The translations under genes and the position numbers were made by a program. From the human T2T-CHM13v2.0 reference genome, Homo sapiens: a stretch of 64,000 nucleotides of DNA. The stretch's first letter is position 1, and the number at the start of each line of letters is the position of its first letter. Of the stretch, positions 1 to 18,086 are shown piece after piece. The notes under the pieces are model-generated. The model searched no databases. It was given only the letters and a program-made list of their open reading frames with translations, and was not told the DNA's origin. The stretch is from assembly GCF_009914755.1 (NCBI RefSeq), contig NC_060939.1; one strand, written 5' to 3'.

Positions 1-192
1 GAAACCCCATCTCTACAAAAAATAAAATAAAAATTACCCTTGTGTGCCTGCAGTCCCTGCTACTCTGGAGGCTGAGGCAGGAGGATCGCTTGAGCCCAGG
101 AGTTTGAGGCTGCAGTGAGCTATGATTGTGCCACTGCATCCAGCCTGAATGTTACAGTGAAACCCCGTATCTTAAAAAAAATTAAAAAATAA
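1..192 (+). mobile_element. Alu (AluJ-like), 3' portion
   Basis: gaaaccccatctctac, A-rich linker, gaggatcgcttgagcccaggagtttgaggctgcagtgagctatgat and A tail. Confidence 0.9.
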
Positions 193-2469
193 AAGTGGTA
201 TTTCCTGTGGAGGGAGACTTTTGGTTACAGTTGGTGTACAACTTATGTATATAATAGTTATAAGTTCATACATAAGGAATTTAGGAACATGTCTTCAGAT
301 AACTCAGGTTCTGCCTGTATTTCTGTTATTTTCGTTGTCAGGCAAAATACTCTACCATACACTGAAACATAAAGGACACTTTCAGGAGGTTCAGATCTTC
401 TTCCATAACTTCAGTGTTTCTTTTTTATTTTATGGAAAGTTTTCTCTCGTCAGGTTTCTATGTATGCGTTAGTGAACATTTCCAGTGTTTTGGAAGTTGA
501 ACACTAAACTCCTTACATGAAGTTTTACTGAATACAGAGATGTTTTGGCAGGTCCTAGTGACAAATGTGCACCTTCTGTGAGACAATTATCCATGGCACT
601 TTAAAACCATGGGCAAGGGAGCAATTCTTTTCCCATAACTCCCTATTAGCAGCAGAAATTGTCTGGAAGATATCTCCCATAATTAACTTCAGGTCTTCCA
701 ATTTTTTTTTCAGTTCCCTGGAATATAAAAAGATTGAATTGTTGCTTGACTGATTAGATCTGTGCCTTGAAATGAAGCAGTTTAGTTTGGAATGCCTGGG
801 AAGTAAAGCAGCAGCATTCTGTCCCTGAATGCTGTTGCAGGGATTAGTTCAATATGTAGCTTCAGGACTTTGTTACAAATCAGAAAGATCATTTAGCATG
901 CTTAAAAAATTTTGTCTCCTGAAAAGTGTTATGCATTTTCTACTTTTTAAATAATTTCCACTAGCAATAATAATAATATCTAGCATGATAAGCCCTGTAA
1001 TTGTTTTTATGTATTTTTTAATTTGATCACACATACACAAAAGTGGTAAATGGCATTTTTTAAAGAGACATAATGTGGCTGAAGTCACAGCAGAAGAGCT
1101 GTGCTTGTGGACTTTTTTTCTCTAATGGATATGGGACTTCTTTCCCCAACCTTTGAAATTTAGGTTAAAGTTGTTTGGAAAGGGTTAAGATGAAAAAGGC
1201 GTTGAAAGAGGAATTGGGAGGCCTGGCTCAGAGCCAAGCCTTTGTCAGCTGTGTAACTGACCATGGCATTTCCTCTTTCTCACCATTGAATACATTTGAG
1301 AAACTCCAGGTTAAACAGAGTTGGACAGACTTCTCACAGGGCTTCTCTGAACCTTTAGTATGTATGTGTGATGTGAGCTCCAAGGCTGGCTGTATTTGTC
1401 AGCTGTATTATTTGATCAGACACTTAGTTTTGAGGATGTAGATTTTCAGGTGGAAACACTTGGTGTATCATTAGCTTTCAGTTCCTCTCTAGATCTGAAC
1501 CTGCCCTTCCTGAATGAATTTCAAAGAATCTGGAAATGGACGCGTACTTAGGGGAGCATAGATAAGTAGATAGGTATTCGTTTTTCTGACTATTCCCTAA
1601 AAGGTCTGTAACTCCAATAAAAGGTAAGAGCACTGTTGTATAGGAAGCCTGAAATGTCTGTACGAGTGCATTTTTAGACTCTGTAAAGAACTTGACTGGA
1701 GACCCAGTCTCTGAAACTTCAGTATCAGGTCCCGGTCGTATCACAAAGGATGGAAAAGTGCTTGAAGTTCTCCCACTCTAAAGTCTGGAGTTTAGCCAGA
1801 TGAATAGGCAAGTGTTGTTTCCCCAGTTGCAAAGTATGAAGGAATCTAAGACCCGAGAAGTGACTAAGATGGTTCGATAGCCCTGGGTGTATTTCTGGCT
1901 TGCTTCTTTTGGGACCTTGGGTCAGTCTCTTACCTTTTGAGGGCGTTAGCATGTTTTTCTATGGAATAAAGGCTTAGGCTGAGAAAATGCTGAGTGATTC
2001 TAAGAATCTCACAGCTTTAATTTTGTATGATAGGACCCTAGACCACTACTAGACATGCTCCTTTTTCTCTGGTGTACTTGGTTGAGATCACGATACTTAT
2101 CGAAAATGTTGACTAGGAGAACTGGTGTGAGATCTGACAGTGAAAGGCTCGATTGAGGTCCAGTGGGCCATTGCTCCAGGGCTCTGGTTATTTGACTTCT
2201 TGGATTTTCACTGGATATCTCCATGGTCTTCTCTGGTTGGAGCCTTCTCTGGTGGTTTCAGCAGAGCAATGGTTCCTCATAAAGCAGTTTGCATGAAAAG
2301 ACCAGGAGGCAGCGGGGAGGAGTGGTACTGAAGAAGGCAGTCTGTTGCTAACTGATGGCAGTCTTTCCCACTGAGCCTCAGTACACTTGGGAATGCTTCA
2401 CCCAGTGTTTTAGGAATTCATTAGCAGTGGAATCTTGGCATGTGAGGTGAAAGTTACTGCCTTCTGAGT

Positions 2470-2745
2470 GTAGTGGTTAGAGGTATGGTCTTTGGAGTTA
2501 AGTGGATTTGAACTTATGCTCTATCATTTTGAATTGTGTGATCTTAGTCAACCTCAGAATTGGATTCTAGCTGGATGTCCTTGAGAAAAATACTTAACTT
2601 TTCTGTGCCTTAGTTACCTGCTATATAAAATTGGGCTAATAGTTGTAACTACTACAGGGGATTGTTGTAAGTAAACATCAGATAATTTCTGTATTATGCT
2701 TAGAACAATGCCAGCCATGAATAGGCAGTCCACAGATGTTAAGCG
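2470..2745 (+). mobile_element. MIR SINE fragment(s)
   Basis: MIR core-like tacttaacttttctgtgccttagttacctgctatataaaattgggctaatag ... cttagaacaatgcc. Confidence 0.6.
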
Positions 2746-2854
2746 CTGGTTGTGGTTATTGTTGTGGTGGTGTTTATCATCAGTATCACCTAGGGCACAA
2801 GCGAAGTCATTAAAATTATATTGGGGGAAAATCCTTTAAATGGCCCATAAATTG

Positions 2855-2991
2855 CAGGTTGAGCATCCCAAATCTGAAAATCCAAAATCTGAAATGCTCC
2901 AAAATTCAAAACTCTTCAAATACCAACATGGCACAAAAAGGAAATGCTCATTGGAGCATTTTGGATTTCAGATAAAGGATACTCAACCCTG
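2855..2991. mobile_element. Tigger4/MER46-like (TcMar) non-autonomous DNA transposon
   Basis: Terminal inverted repeats caggttgagcatccc ... ggatactcaaccctg followed by TA; internal aaatctgaaaatccaaaatctgaaatgctcc. Confidence 0.8.
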
Positions 2992-3206
2992 TAGTCATTC
3001 TTGAGTGCATTCAAGTTGATAAACACTGAGTTAAGGGGAGGAGCAAAAGTAAAGTATATGTTTGAGCATTCTAATAGTTATTCTGCCTTTAAAAGAGAAT
3101 TATATCAAATTTATCAATAATGGGGAATGAGTACAGAATTCTAAAGTATTAACTAATTTTCTGCATGGTATACTAAGTTATGTTTAATGATAACTCTTTA
3201 TAACCT

Positions 3207-3309
3207 AAGATGATCTTTTTTTTTCTTGTTTGCCTGGGACTAAGGGCTTTGATTGGATGTAGGAATTTCAGTGCTAAAACCAGACAACTCAGGATGTGCC
3301 ATCACCCTA
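3207..3309. mobile_element. MER81-like hAT-Blackjack relic
   Basis: gtttgcctgggactaaggg ... tttcagtgctaaaacc ... tcacccta resembles MER81. Confidence 0.55.
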
Positions 3310-3412
3310 CTATAAGTTTAATACATTTGTCTGTTGAGACTATTGAAGGAGATATTAATGGGAGAGCACATAGTGCACTGCTTGGCACATAGTAACTGCT
3401 CCTTAAGTTGTG

Positions 3413-3490
3413 GTAGAATTGAGTCTAAATCTTTTGTAGCATTAAGTCTAAATCTACATATTTTGTAGAATTGAGTCTAAATCTAAATCT
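3413..3490. repeat. Three imperfect direct copies of gtagaattgagtctaaatct
   Basis: Read directly from the sequence. Confidence 0.85.
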
Positions 3491-3944
3491 TGATTGAGCC
3501 GATTCATACACTGCTCTTTGATAAATTGTAGGGAAGAACTTGGCCAACTGCTTTGTTGTTCCTTTGAACAGCTTTTACTGTCAGGTTCTTGGGCATTGAT
3601 TTCTTTCAGTTTCAATTTCCTAAACTGTAAAAGGAGAATAGTAATATGTATCTCACAGGGATATTGTAAGGATTCAATAATATGTGATTAGCACATTAAA
3701 AGTGAGTATCACAGTGGCTGGCTCCTACTAAGCTCTTAAGTGGTAACTATTAGAATATTAAAGTCCTTTAACATTTTATATAGATGCTATTTGGAATCAG
3801 TAGTCCCATCAGTGGGAAAAGTTGGAATGATAGCTCTTGACTGAGTGTTTGACTCCTTTAGCTCTGCTCAGTTTTTTCTTAGAAGCTTTCAGCTTTCTTA
3901 TTCTAGAATGCCTGAGGAAGAACATTGTATACCTGCACAACTGA

Positions 3945-4223
<279 letters not shown>

Positions 4224-4302
4224 TAACGTTCCAGTCTGTGAAGGAGTTAAATCACCAGAGTTCTGAAGGGATCTTAGAGATGATGACTTTAATTTAACAT
4301 AC

Positions 4303-4603
4303 TTTGTTTTTGTTTTTGTTTTGAGACAGAGTCTTGCTCTGTCACCCAGGCTTTAGTGCGGTGGTGCGATCTCAGTTTACTGCAACCTCCACCTCCTGGG
4401 TTCAAGTGATTTTTATGCCTCAACCTCCACATAAACTGGCATTACAGGCATGTGTCATCATGCCTGGCTAATTTCTGTATTTTTAGTAGAGACGGGATTT
4501 CGCCATGTTGGTCAGGCTAGTCTTGATCTCCTGGCCTCAAGCGATCCACCTGCCTCAGCCTCCCAGAGTGCTGAGATACAGGTGTGAGCCACCATGCCCA
4601 GCC
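4303..4603 (-). mobile_element. Alu
   Basis: (tttttg)n tail, gagacagagtcttgctctgtcacccagg ... gagccaccatgcccagcc. Confidence 0.95.
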
Positions 4604-4816
4604 TTATTTATCCTTCTTAACTGTCAGTTGCATAAAGGCAATGATGATTTCTTGTCTATAGTCCTTTGCTACTGTGCTGTATACATACTTTGTGAATGCC
4701 TATTGAATACCTTTGTGTGGCTGGCATAGTCTAGAGTGGTTATTAATCAATATTTTCTAATGTGCTCTAATTATTTCAAATCATGAGTTTTACATTTTTC
4801 TTTCTGTTTTTATTAG

Positions 4817-4954
4817 ACACAGGCAGTTCTGTGACAAGCTTGGCTTGAAAGCATCCATCCAGTTTTAGTGATTAATAAGATAGATCACTTGATAGTGGAA
4901 CTGAAATTTACCCCACAAGAGGCCTATTCTCACCTTAAGAGTATTTTAGAACAG
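4817..4954 (+). pseudogene. EFL1P1: EFL1-like exon 6 (G4 motif NKID) with premature stop
   Basis: tattag|ACA CAG GCA GTT CTG TGA CAA ... GAACAG|gtatt; 138 bp; [45 protein letters not shown]. Confidence 0.95.
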
Positions 4955-5283
4955 GTATTTTAATTGTTAGTATCTAAAAAATTTAGCCTCGAAGAAGAGT
5001 TGTAAGGAAGTTACTGAGCTGGGTATGAACCATTGCTACAGAAAAGTGAACTTTTCCACTTCAGATTCATACATGTTGGTGTTATTCTACAACAGAGGCA
5101 ACAGAATAAGCATGTTCTCAGTAGTCCCTTCCATCTCTTGGAAGCACCCATCATATAAAGCTTGGACAACAGGCTGTCTTGTTTAAAACATTGTATCTTG
5201 GTTCCAAAATGAAGCAATATTAAGATCTTATTACCTGTCTATAGTATTTTATTACCTGTCGTTAGAGGAAATTTTACCCAAGC

Positions 5284-6200
5284 ATTCATTCATTTATTTA
5301 TTCAGCAAATATTTCATAGATATACGTTGAATAAATGAATTATCGAATGTCCATTGTGCACTAGGGATTGTGAATGTAAAATGGACAGGTCAGAATCCCT
5401 ATTTTCAAGGAGCTCACAGTATAGTAGGGGAGACAAACAAAGAGCTATTTGGAGAACAATGAGATAAGCCCCGGGTGTGATATGACAGCATAGATAAGGG
5501 CCATCTAACCCAATCTGGGTCAAGAGGGAAGAATGAGTTAGAAATCGTAGAATGGAAACCTTGAGATGGAAGTAAAGTAGGTGTTTGCCAGGTAGGCAGT
5601 TAGGAAAAGGACATTCAAAAGAGGAAGAATATGACAGGCAAAGTCATAAAGGCAAGAAAAAGCACAGTACAATGTTTCATTTAAGGAGCTGCAAATTGTT
5701 TTATAGCCGATTAATTAGATCATGTTAAACAGTGACAAGAGATGGGAAAAAGGATATGGATTTAGATGTTGATGAACCTTGTATGCCATGCATAGGAGTT
5801 TGAAATTTCTTCCTCAAGACAGTGGAAAGCATTGATGAGAGCAACTTGAGTATATTTATTTGCTAAAGGCAGGAAACAATAAAAGTAGAACAGTGAAAAA
5901 GAATGATGGATGGATATCATTCCCTGTAGAAATAGGAACAGGTAAAATAACTCCTGCCCTGCATTGGCAGGAGAAAGGTCGGTGGTATTTGCAGACATAA
6001 GTGAGCTTGTAGATTGGGATGTGGGGCACTTGAAGGAAATCCGAGTAATAGGTTCCATTTTCTTTCTGAGGTAGGACATAAGATTACTGCCTATTTGGGA
6101 GTGAAAGTAGTTGAGGATTAGGATTTGGGAAGAGGGCCTGAAGAGAGTAGTGCACATTTCAGACAACCAATGTGAAAGATGGGCAAGGCAGTGGACTAAG
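5284..6200 (-). mobile_element. L2 LINE 3' fragment
   Basis: cattcattcatttattttattcagcaaatatt tail followed by purine-rich antisense L2-like body. Confidence 0.65.
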
Positions 6201-6546
6201 GTTACAAACTAGGATTGTGGGGTTGGAAATCATGAGTACTTTGTGATACTAGGCCTCAGCACTGAAAAACAAATTAAGGATATGACACACTAACATTTAC
6301 ATTAAACTAATAATAATAATCACAAAATAACCTTCCAAAAACCTTATAATTTAGTTACGCTGAGTTTAGGAAGGATGGATACATCTAAGTTATTCACTGA
6401 TTGTGAATGTCACCTCCATTCGTGTATGCTTAATGAGCCCAAACTGACTGATGATTCTAGCCCTAACACAGGTTAAACAGTGTTTCTCCTGCCGTGAGCA
6501 TGCTGAGCATCTGAATGACGCTCTGCCATTTCACCATCTCTCCTAG

Positions 6547-6762
<216 letters not shown>

Positions 6763-6824
6763 TAAGTCTGTTGGAATCTGATTAAATCTCTTTGCAGATT
6801 TTATATGCAATTGGTTTTTTTTAG

Positions 6825-9590
<2,766 letters not shown>

Positions 9591-12500
9591 GATTTTATAT
9601 ACAATTGATTTTTAACTTTAACTTTATTCTTGAATAAATTCAAATGTATACCACAAAAGGATCCCACTGTATTCCTTAGATCAGTTTATTTTCTGTTAGT
9701 TTTTGTTTATCTTCTTAAAGTTATTTATACATAGATGAACAACTATATTTATATCAACTTTGATACCAACAGTAGCAAAAGTTAGTCTAGCTTTATTGAG
9801 GATGTATGTATGCTAAATATTGAGTTAGTCACTTTATTTAAATTATTTCACCAAAAACTCTGACAACACTCTTTTGAAATAGATATTAGTATTTATTATC
9901 TAAGTCTCAAGAACATTAAGTAACTTTTGTTCAACATCACTCAGCTGCTAAGAGGCAGAGTTGATATTAAGATTAAAGTCTGCCTGAGTCTGAAGCCTGT
10001 GTTTTCTTGACATGGTTCTTCTCTGGGGTCTTCCCTATGGGGTATAAGGATCCTTATTTCTTCTTATTGCCTCTCCCGAATTTGTACATGCTGAGGCCGT
10101 GTTAACAGTGACCTTGGATTTCAGAATGGAGTAGATAATTGATCACATTTTTCAACTACAACAATTTCTGACTTGTGGAATCAAAAAATCCAAATGTAGT
10201 TAAAAGATTATTACTTTGAGATAAATGTCTGTGGTTTGGATAAATAATAGTGGGACCATAATGACCTTTACTTTAGTTGGGGCTTGATATTGCATGTAAT
10301 TTGCAGGGATCATAGAACTAGAATGATGCACTAGGAGAAAACAGAGTCTCTTCATGAAATTTATATCAGTATGACTTAGAATTGGAAAGAAAGAAAGGAT
10401 CAGGAGCTGACTAGAATGCAAGGCTTGGGAGTAGCCTAACAAATCTCTGGCTCCGTTTTTTAAAATGTATTTTCCTTTTTACAGGAACTTGTTCTCCAAT
10501 TTCCCTTTGACCAGATTTTGTCTTGGGCAGGGCAGTGTAATATAATATCATAATTTTCTGTTTGTAATAAATTATAGATATCTTAGTCCATTTGATGCCC
10601 GAAAGATGATACTAGAGCTAAATAAATTGAAGTAATGCATATATGATGAAAATAGAAATTGTGAACCTGCTGAGAATTTGCACTTTCATATATTGTTGAT
10701 GGATTGTCATTATCACCTTTCTAGGCCTCAGTTTACTTATCGGAAAAAACAAGAATATTGGGCTAAGATGATTTCAAGACTTTCTTCAGATTCATTCACA
10801 GTGATTCATTCAGTCGTATAATAGGGTCATACTTGTTGATTTCCTGATTTGTGAGCATTCTGCTAGTAAGCCACAAGGTGGGAGGCTTGTCCCTTTCTTA
10901 CAGTGATTTTCATAAGTAATTTAATGTTTTATGCTAATTTTAGTCTAAATCACACAAACTGGGGGAGGTTTATTGTGGAAGGAAAAGGAATGGGGAGGAA
11001 GTTGAATGGATAGAATAAGGGTAATTTACATAGCCCTTACTTTTGACATTTTTAGATACTATCAGCCAATAAATGAATGTTCCCCTGTATTAGACAAGGT
11101 CAGATTTAGAGATTGGCTAGTGTCTGTTCTCAACAAGTTGATATGTGAATCTATGGGAAAGTAGTGGTGGAAATGAAAGCACCAGAGACTTTTTTTGCTT
11201 CCCATTTTCCTCTAAAATGTCAGTGAATAGGCCAAGTTGACAGCTGCATGTGTCACAAAAGGTGGATAATGAGCACATTCCAGAATTCGCAAGAAGATTC
11301 TATAAACTCTGCAGTGGGAAAGGATTAAGAAGTGTGACTAGAGGCTGAACCTAGGTCTTCTCCCGAAATCTATCCTGTTAATTGATGTTAATCTGGGAGA
11401 GTCTGTGCTGAAAAGCAGAAGCACATTGACTTGGATGGGTAGCATCAAGAATCCAAGTTCTTGTTTTAGATACATAGAACTGAGTCCTCAACCTTATAGA
11501 AGAGGGACAGGAGAGAAGAGACAATGAAAAGCCCTTTGTATTAAATATACTTGTCTTTGTATAACTGTGTCTTAGAATTCAGTAGTTAACATTAATCCAC
11601 TGGGTAGCTTGGAGGGCAAAAGGGTGTGTGGCTCAGTAATTTCATACTTGACTGAGTTGTCATTCAGCAAGATAGGCAACAAATAGATCAGTAGTCTTGG
11701 AATATAAATCTTTCTGCACGTCTCTTAGAATCTTGTTTGCAGTTACTCTGTAGAGGAAATGAATTAAAATAGAATTCAAGAATGGAGAAGTGCTAGAAAT
11801 TGTCAGTGTTTAAAAATTGTAACTAATTAATGGCAAAAATAAATAAAAGCATTAGCAGTAATGTGGAATGGGTTGACGTTAAGCAAATTTTGTAGTAACT
11901 ACAGGATAAAAAAGAATGAAAAGGACAAGAAACAAGATTTTGAAAGATTTGTGTACCCGTATGTGTACACATGTGTGAATATTTTATATGATGGACCAGA
12001 AAAGCCTAGCTTAAGCAAATGGGCAAGTGTCTTACTATAATTTATGATTTTGATAGAGGTTTTGGGAGTGTTTATTTATAAAAATCTTTAAGTTTACCAC
12101 TTCCAGAATTAAGAGCGGGATATTTATCTGACATGTCATTGTAAAATATAAAAGAATGTGTAGTACAGTCTGGTAACACAAATCAATATTTTAAAAAAAT
12201 CCCGGAAGAAAAGAAACCACACTAGAAATCTAACTGATCAAAACAGTTGTACCAATAAATGATTGTACCAATAAATGTATGAAATCCCCTACTAAGGAGA
12301 TATTTTTTAGAAAGGAAATTTTATTAAAAAAATAAATCCAGAAGTTTGCTAAATAAAAGAGATAAACATAAAGCATAATGGACAGAAGCTACATACAAAG
12401 CTTTGGCTCAGATATGTCAACCAAATATGAATGAAAAGAGAGGTTTGGCAATATTAACAATAAAATAACATTTATTGTAAATGAATTATGGCATAAGGAT

Positions 12501-13064
12501 CATTTTCATACAGATAATTGACACATTTACTAGTGAAGAGATTAACTATCAATTATCTGTCACCATAAAGAGATGTCTCTTTTAGACATCCCTGTATGGT
12601 TCACACTGTCCTTCTAGTCTCAGCTGAGGCCTTATCTCACTGCATGCTGGTCATCGTGCAGTGTAGATCGGGAGAGGTGGGTGCTCCCTGAAACCCCTTC
12701 TATAGATAGAGGTGGTGTAGGAATGCTGTCATATACCCTCAAAGGATACTTTTCTTGGAGCTTTATTTTTTAACGTAAAAACCAGGATTTCATAAATTTA
12801 TTCTCATTGAAAATCATAATATACATTGCTTTTGAGAAAGTACTCACAAGTATAAAGCCACAGCAAACAAAAAAATCGAAGCCAGCACTGCTAGTAGATG
12901 TTTGTAATTTCTTTCATCCTTTTTACATAGATATATACATCCCTCAGTTGAGATATGCTGTTTATACAACGTAGCTGCCCTTTTGCTTTTGTCATATCAT
13001 GAACATCTTCCCTTGCCATTAAAAGCTTTTTTATAAACAATATATTTCAAAGGGAGTGAATATA

Positions 13065-13230
13065 GCTAAGTGGGAAAGAGCATGCCTTGAGAGTTGACTC
13101 TGTTTGAATTTTGGCTCCACCACTTATTGGCTCTATGACTTTTATCTCAGTTATTTCATCTGTAAAATTGAGATAATAGCACTTATCTCACAGGATAGTT
13201 ATGATTCTATGAAATAATTCAGTAAGCACC
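13065..13230 (+). mobile_element. MIR SINE
   Basis: gtttgaattttggctccaccacttattggctctatgact ... tcatctgtaaaattgagataatagcacttatctcacagga. Confidence 0.7.
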
Positions 13231-13843
13231 CTGTTATTTTATTTTGTGAGAGCACTATCATTTATGTAATCATTCTGAAGATTGGAAATAGTTTTTTTCA
13301 AATGCTTTGATATTGTAAGTAGGGTTACAATAGACGTCTTTGTGCAAAAGTTTTATGTCTTCATGATGCTTTTTTTTTAAACTGAGCATTCTAAGCCAAT
13401 GACTTTTAATTTCTTAATACTGTTGCCAGTAGTTCTTCAGAAAGGAGGTATCAATTTATTAATATATCCCACCTCATGTATATGGGAGCGTATACCCCTC
13501 AAGGTGCTCTTGCTATTAACTTTTTGCATAGTTTGGTAAGAGAAATGATGGGTTTTTTTGGGTTTTCAAAATTTTCCTATCCTTGCGAACTTTTAGAAAT
13601 ATACTTAAGAATGCTTTATGTTTCTTCTAACATAATTTTAGACTGAAGTCCATGGAAAGAGGCTACATGTGCAGAGTGAAGTTTTAGCTCTTGGCTTGTG
13701 TGCTGTGTGTATTTGTTTGATGGCAACCATGGTAATATGACCCACGAATGGTCATATCACTTGTAAAGTCTATGGTTCCCAGAGTAAAGAACAGTGGATT
13801 ATTATTAATTGTGGATTATTGGCAGTTTAGTGCATTCTTATAA

Positions 13844-14059
<216 letters not shown>

Positions 14060-14774
14060 TAAGACTCTTTTAACATTGTTTACCTTTAGGCATCTTTAGG
14101 CAGTATAATTTGTCTCACTTTCCAGTTTGATGAGTCATACTTCAGAAAGCTGAGATGGACTGAGAAAGTGAACAGAGCTTCTACAGATGAGCTGATTACA
14201 GGGCTTGGAAGCAATTTAAAGAAGTCTATGTAATCCAGCTAAAGGGCAATACTGGAGGGACAGGATAGCAATATTTTATAGAGTGCTGAGGAGAAGAGAT
14301 AAAAGGATGGAAAGAAACATTGGGCTTTTGTTTATCCAAACCCAGGTTTAAAAAATAGTTATTAAAGTAGAAAAGGTGCTTGATAGCTAGGATCATTAAT
14401 GGGGAACTTGGGAAATAACTTGTCTGATACAAGTTTGCTTTAGTGCATTTATTTTCTAAGTTGTTCCTGAGGTGGAATAATAACTTGTTGGCACTTATTT
14501 GTAAGGCTGCTTTACCACTTGATATAGCTTGCTTGAGGAGATTGTGGAGAAGTACTTCCTGGGAAATCTTAAAGAAGGATTCACTTGAAAGTGTAAGAGT
14601 AGAGCTTGAGGAGGCTTTTTCTGTGGCAGGATTCCCTTCAATCATTTTTAGCTTTTTTTGAAAAAGTAACACATTAGGGTAAAAATATGCCGAATAATGT
14701 TGGGTTCCTTTCTCCCACTGCCTGTTTATATATGCGTATGACTTTTTCCCCCTCCAATCTTGTATTTACTATAG

Positions 14775-14911
14775 GGACAAAGACAAAATTGATAATATAG
14801 TGACTTCTTTAGGATTAAAAATTGGAGCCTGGGAGGCACGACATTCAGACCCTAAAGTTCAGATCAACGCCATTTGCAGTCAGTGGCTACCCATACCCCA
14901 TGCTGCTCTTG
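14775..14911 (+). pseudogene. EFL1P1: EFL1-like exon 10
   Basis: ctatag|GGACAAAGAC ... GCTCTTG|gtatccttt; 137 bp; [45 protein letters not shown]. Confidence 0.93.
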
Positions 14912-15525
14912 GTATCCTTTATTCTAATGGTTTTTAATGAAATAGTTTTGATAAAGCTAGAAAAAACAATGCATTATGGCAACCAAGAAATTCTCTGGAA
15001 ATAACATTCAATCCAAAATAAGTCTTCTCTGCTTATTTAGTGTTCTACCATGAAACTGTATTAAATACTTTAATAATTAATACACTAATACTAATTTGTT
15101 TTAACATTACTAATGAACTTCTTTAGAAAGACAGTTCTTTTGTGTTTGTTTAGTAATCTGTAAAAATAGAAATGTTTACACTGAGATTTAAATATAAGTA
15201 GATGATTTAGATGTTTGTGTTAGATAACTGTTTCATTTCAAGGTCACCTGTAGCCAACCTGCTAAGCTCTGTTCTCATTTGTTCCATGGGCCTCAGTGTT
15301 AAAGTACCTGTTCAATGAGGATCCTTTCTGAACTTTAAGGAGTTTGTGAACTCCCTGAAATTGTATGCATGTTTTGAGATGTGATGCATAAAGCAGTGTT
15401 GCCATATAACACATGCATTTTGTGTATGGACAGACTTTGTTACCTCCATATTTAGAGCATACAGTGAATCTTCGCCTTGGGGAGGCACTGGCTCAAGGTT
15501 TTGAGTCCTAAACAACAGACTTCAG
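14912..15525 (+). other. U12-type (minor spliceosome) GT-AG intron
   Basis: The donor GTATCCTTT matches the U12 consensus. A branch-like GTCCTAAAC at 15505-15513 sits just before the AG, and there is no polypyrimidine tract. Confidence 0.85.
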
Positions 15526-15648
15526 CTATGGTATGTCAGAAACTTCCTTGTCCCCTTGATATTACAGCCCAGAGAATGGAGAGACTGATGTGCACAGGAT
15601 CACAAACTTTTGACTCTCTTCCACCAGAAACTCAAGCACTGAAAGCAG
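15526..15648 (+). pseudogene. EFL1P1: EFL1-like exon 11
   Basis: ttcag|CTATGGTA ... AAAGCAG|gtgagg; 123 bp; [40 protein letters not shown]. Confidence 0.93.
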
Positions 15649-15714
15649 GTGAGGAAAGATGGACCTGTTGGAATATACCATGTCATTGACTGTCCTCCAT
15701 CCTGGCTGCTCTAG

Positions 15715-15804
15715 GCCAATTTGCTGAATGCTAGTTTGCTAAATGGCCAATTTGCCAAATGTCCACTTCCACAGATGAACAGTTTCACAAATGACCATTT
15801 CACC
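15715..15804. repeat. Degenerate ~15-bp tandem repeat (ggccaatttgccaaat-like, about 6 units)
   Basis: ggccaatttgctgaat/gctagtttgctaaat/ggccaatttgccaaat/gtccacttccacagat/gaacagtttcacaaat/gaccatttcacca. Confidence 0.7.
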
Positions 15805-16019
15805 AGTTTTGCCTCCCACCCTCACCCCAAAGATTTTCTTGTCACAGCCATTTTGCTCAGCCAGTAGGGTGAGACCAGCGACTTCTTGTACACATGCTTC
15901 TCATGAGAAAAGAAGCTCCCATTCTGGGCTTTGTACGTTCCATGAAATTTGCCTCTATGTATTTTCTTATCTCTAATTCTTTTCCTCCAGTTCTATTGCT
16001 TTTGTAACCCTACCCTCAA

Positions 16020-17240
<1,221 letters not shown>

Positions 17241-17906
17241 AAGACTTCTGATACATGTTTGATTCTTACTTCCTGTGGTTTTCTTTTTTCTTGTTTATAT
17301 TTTACTGTTGAATTCTTTGTATACAAATTATTTTAATGTGAGGTGATGGAGTTGTTTTTAAAAATTTCATTAATCAATGGTTTTTTTACCTCCAATATAG
17401 GTTAAGGAAAATGTTCATATGTTAATATGAAATTGTGTTAAAATTTATGTATTTAGGGATAATTGGCATTTTAATAGTATTGAATCTTAATTTATTTCTA
17501 AGAATTTGTTAATATCATAATACAGTATTTTTGTCCATTTTATTTTCTAATTTGTTATTGTGGGGGATTGGAAAAGCTATTGATTTTTATATATCGTGAT
17601 GACAAGCTACCTTGTTGATTGTTGGCCTTTGGTAACATTCCTCAATTCTGTCTTTTCTGTACTTGACAGTGAAAAATGTATTAGTGCTTATGGTAGGTGG
17701 TTAACCTCATTGCATAGCTTTAGCTTTCATATGAGATCCCTCACCCTGTCAAATTTGCTTGCTTTTCTTTTCTTATTTCTGCCAAGTCTGTTTGCTCTTG
17801 CTCTGCTATTCTTTCCTAGCAATCTTACCCTTTTCTAATTAAAATTTTTATCTTAGTTGGAAAAAGTTATGGACTTCTGGTGTATATCGATGATGCCATG
17901 TTCTAA

Positions 17907-18086
<180 letters not shown>

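Noticed and set aside
12248-12278. Tandem duplication of ttgtaccaataaatg giving two AATAAA signals
   Set aside because: An ordinary small slippage duplication in AT-rich intron, with no supporting terminal exon.
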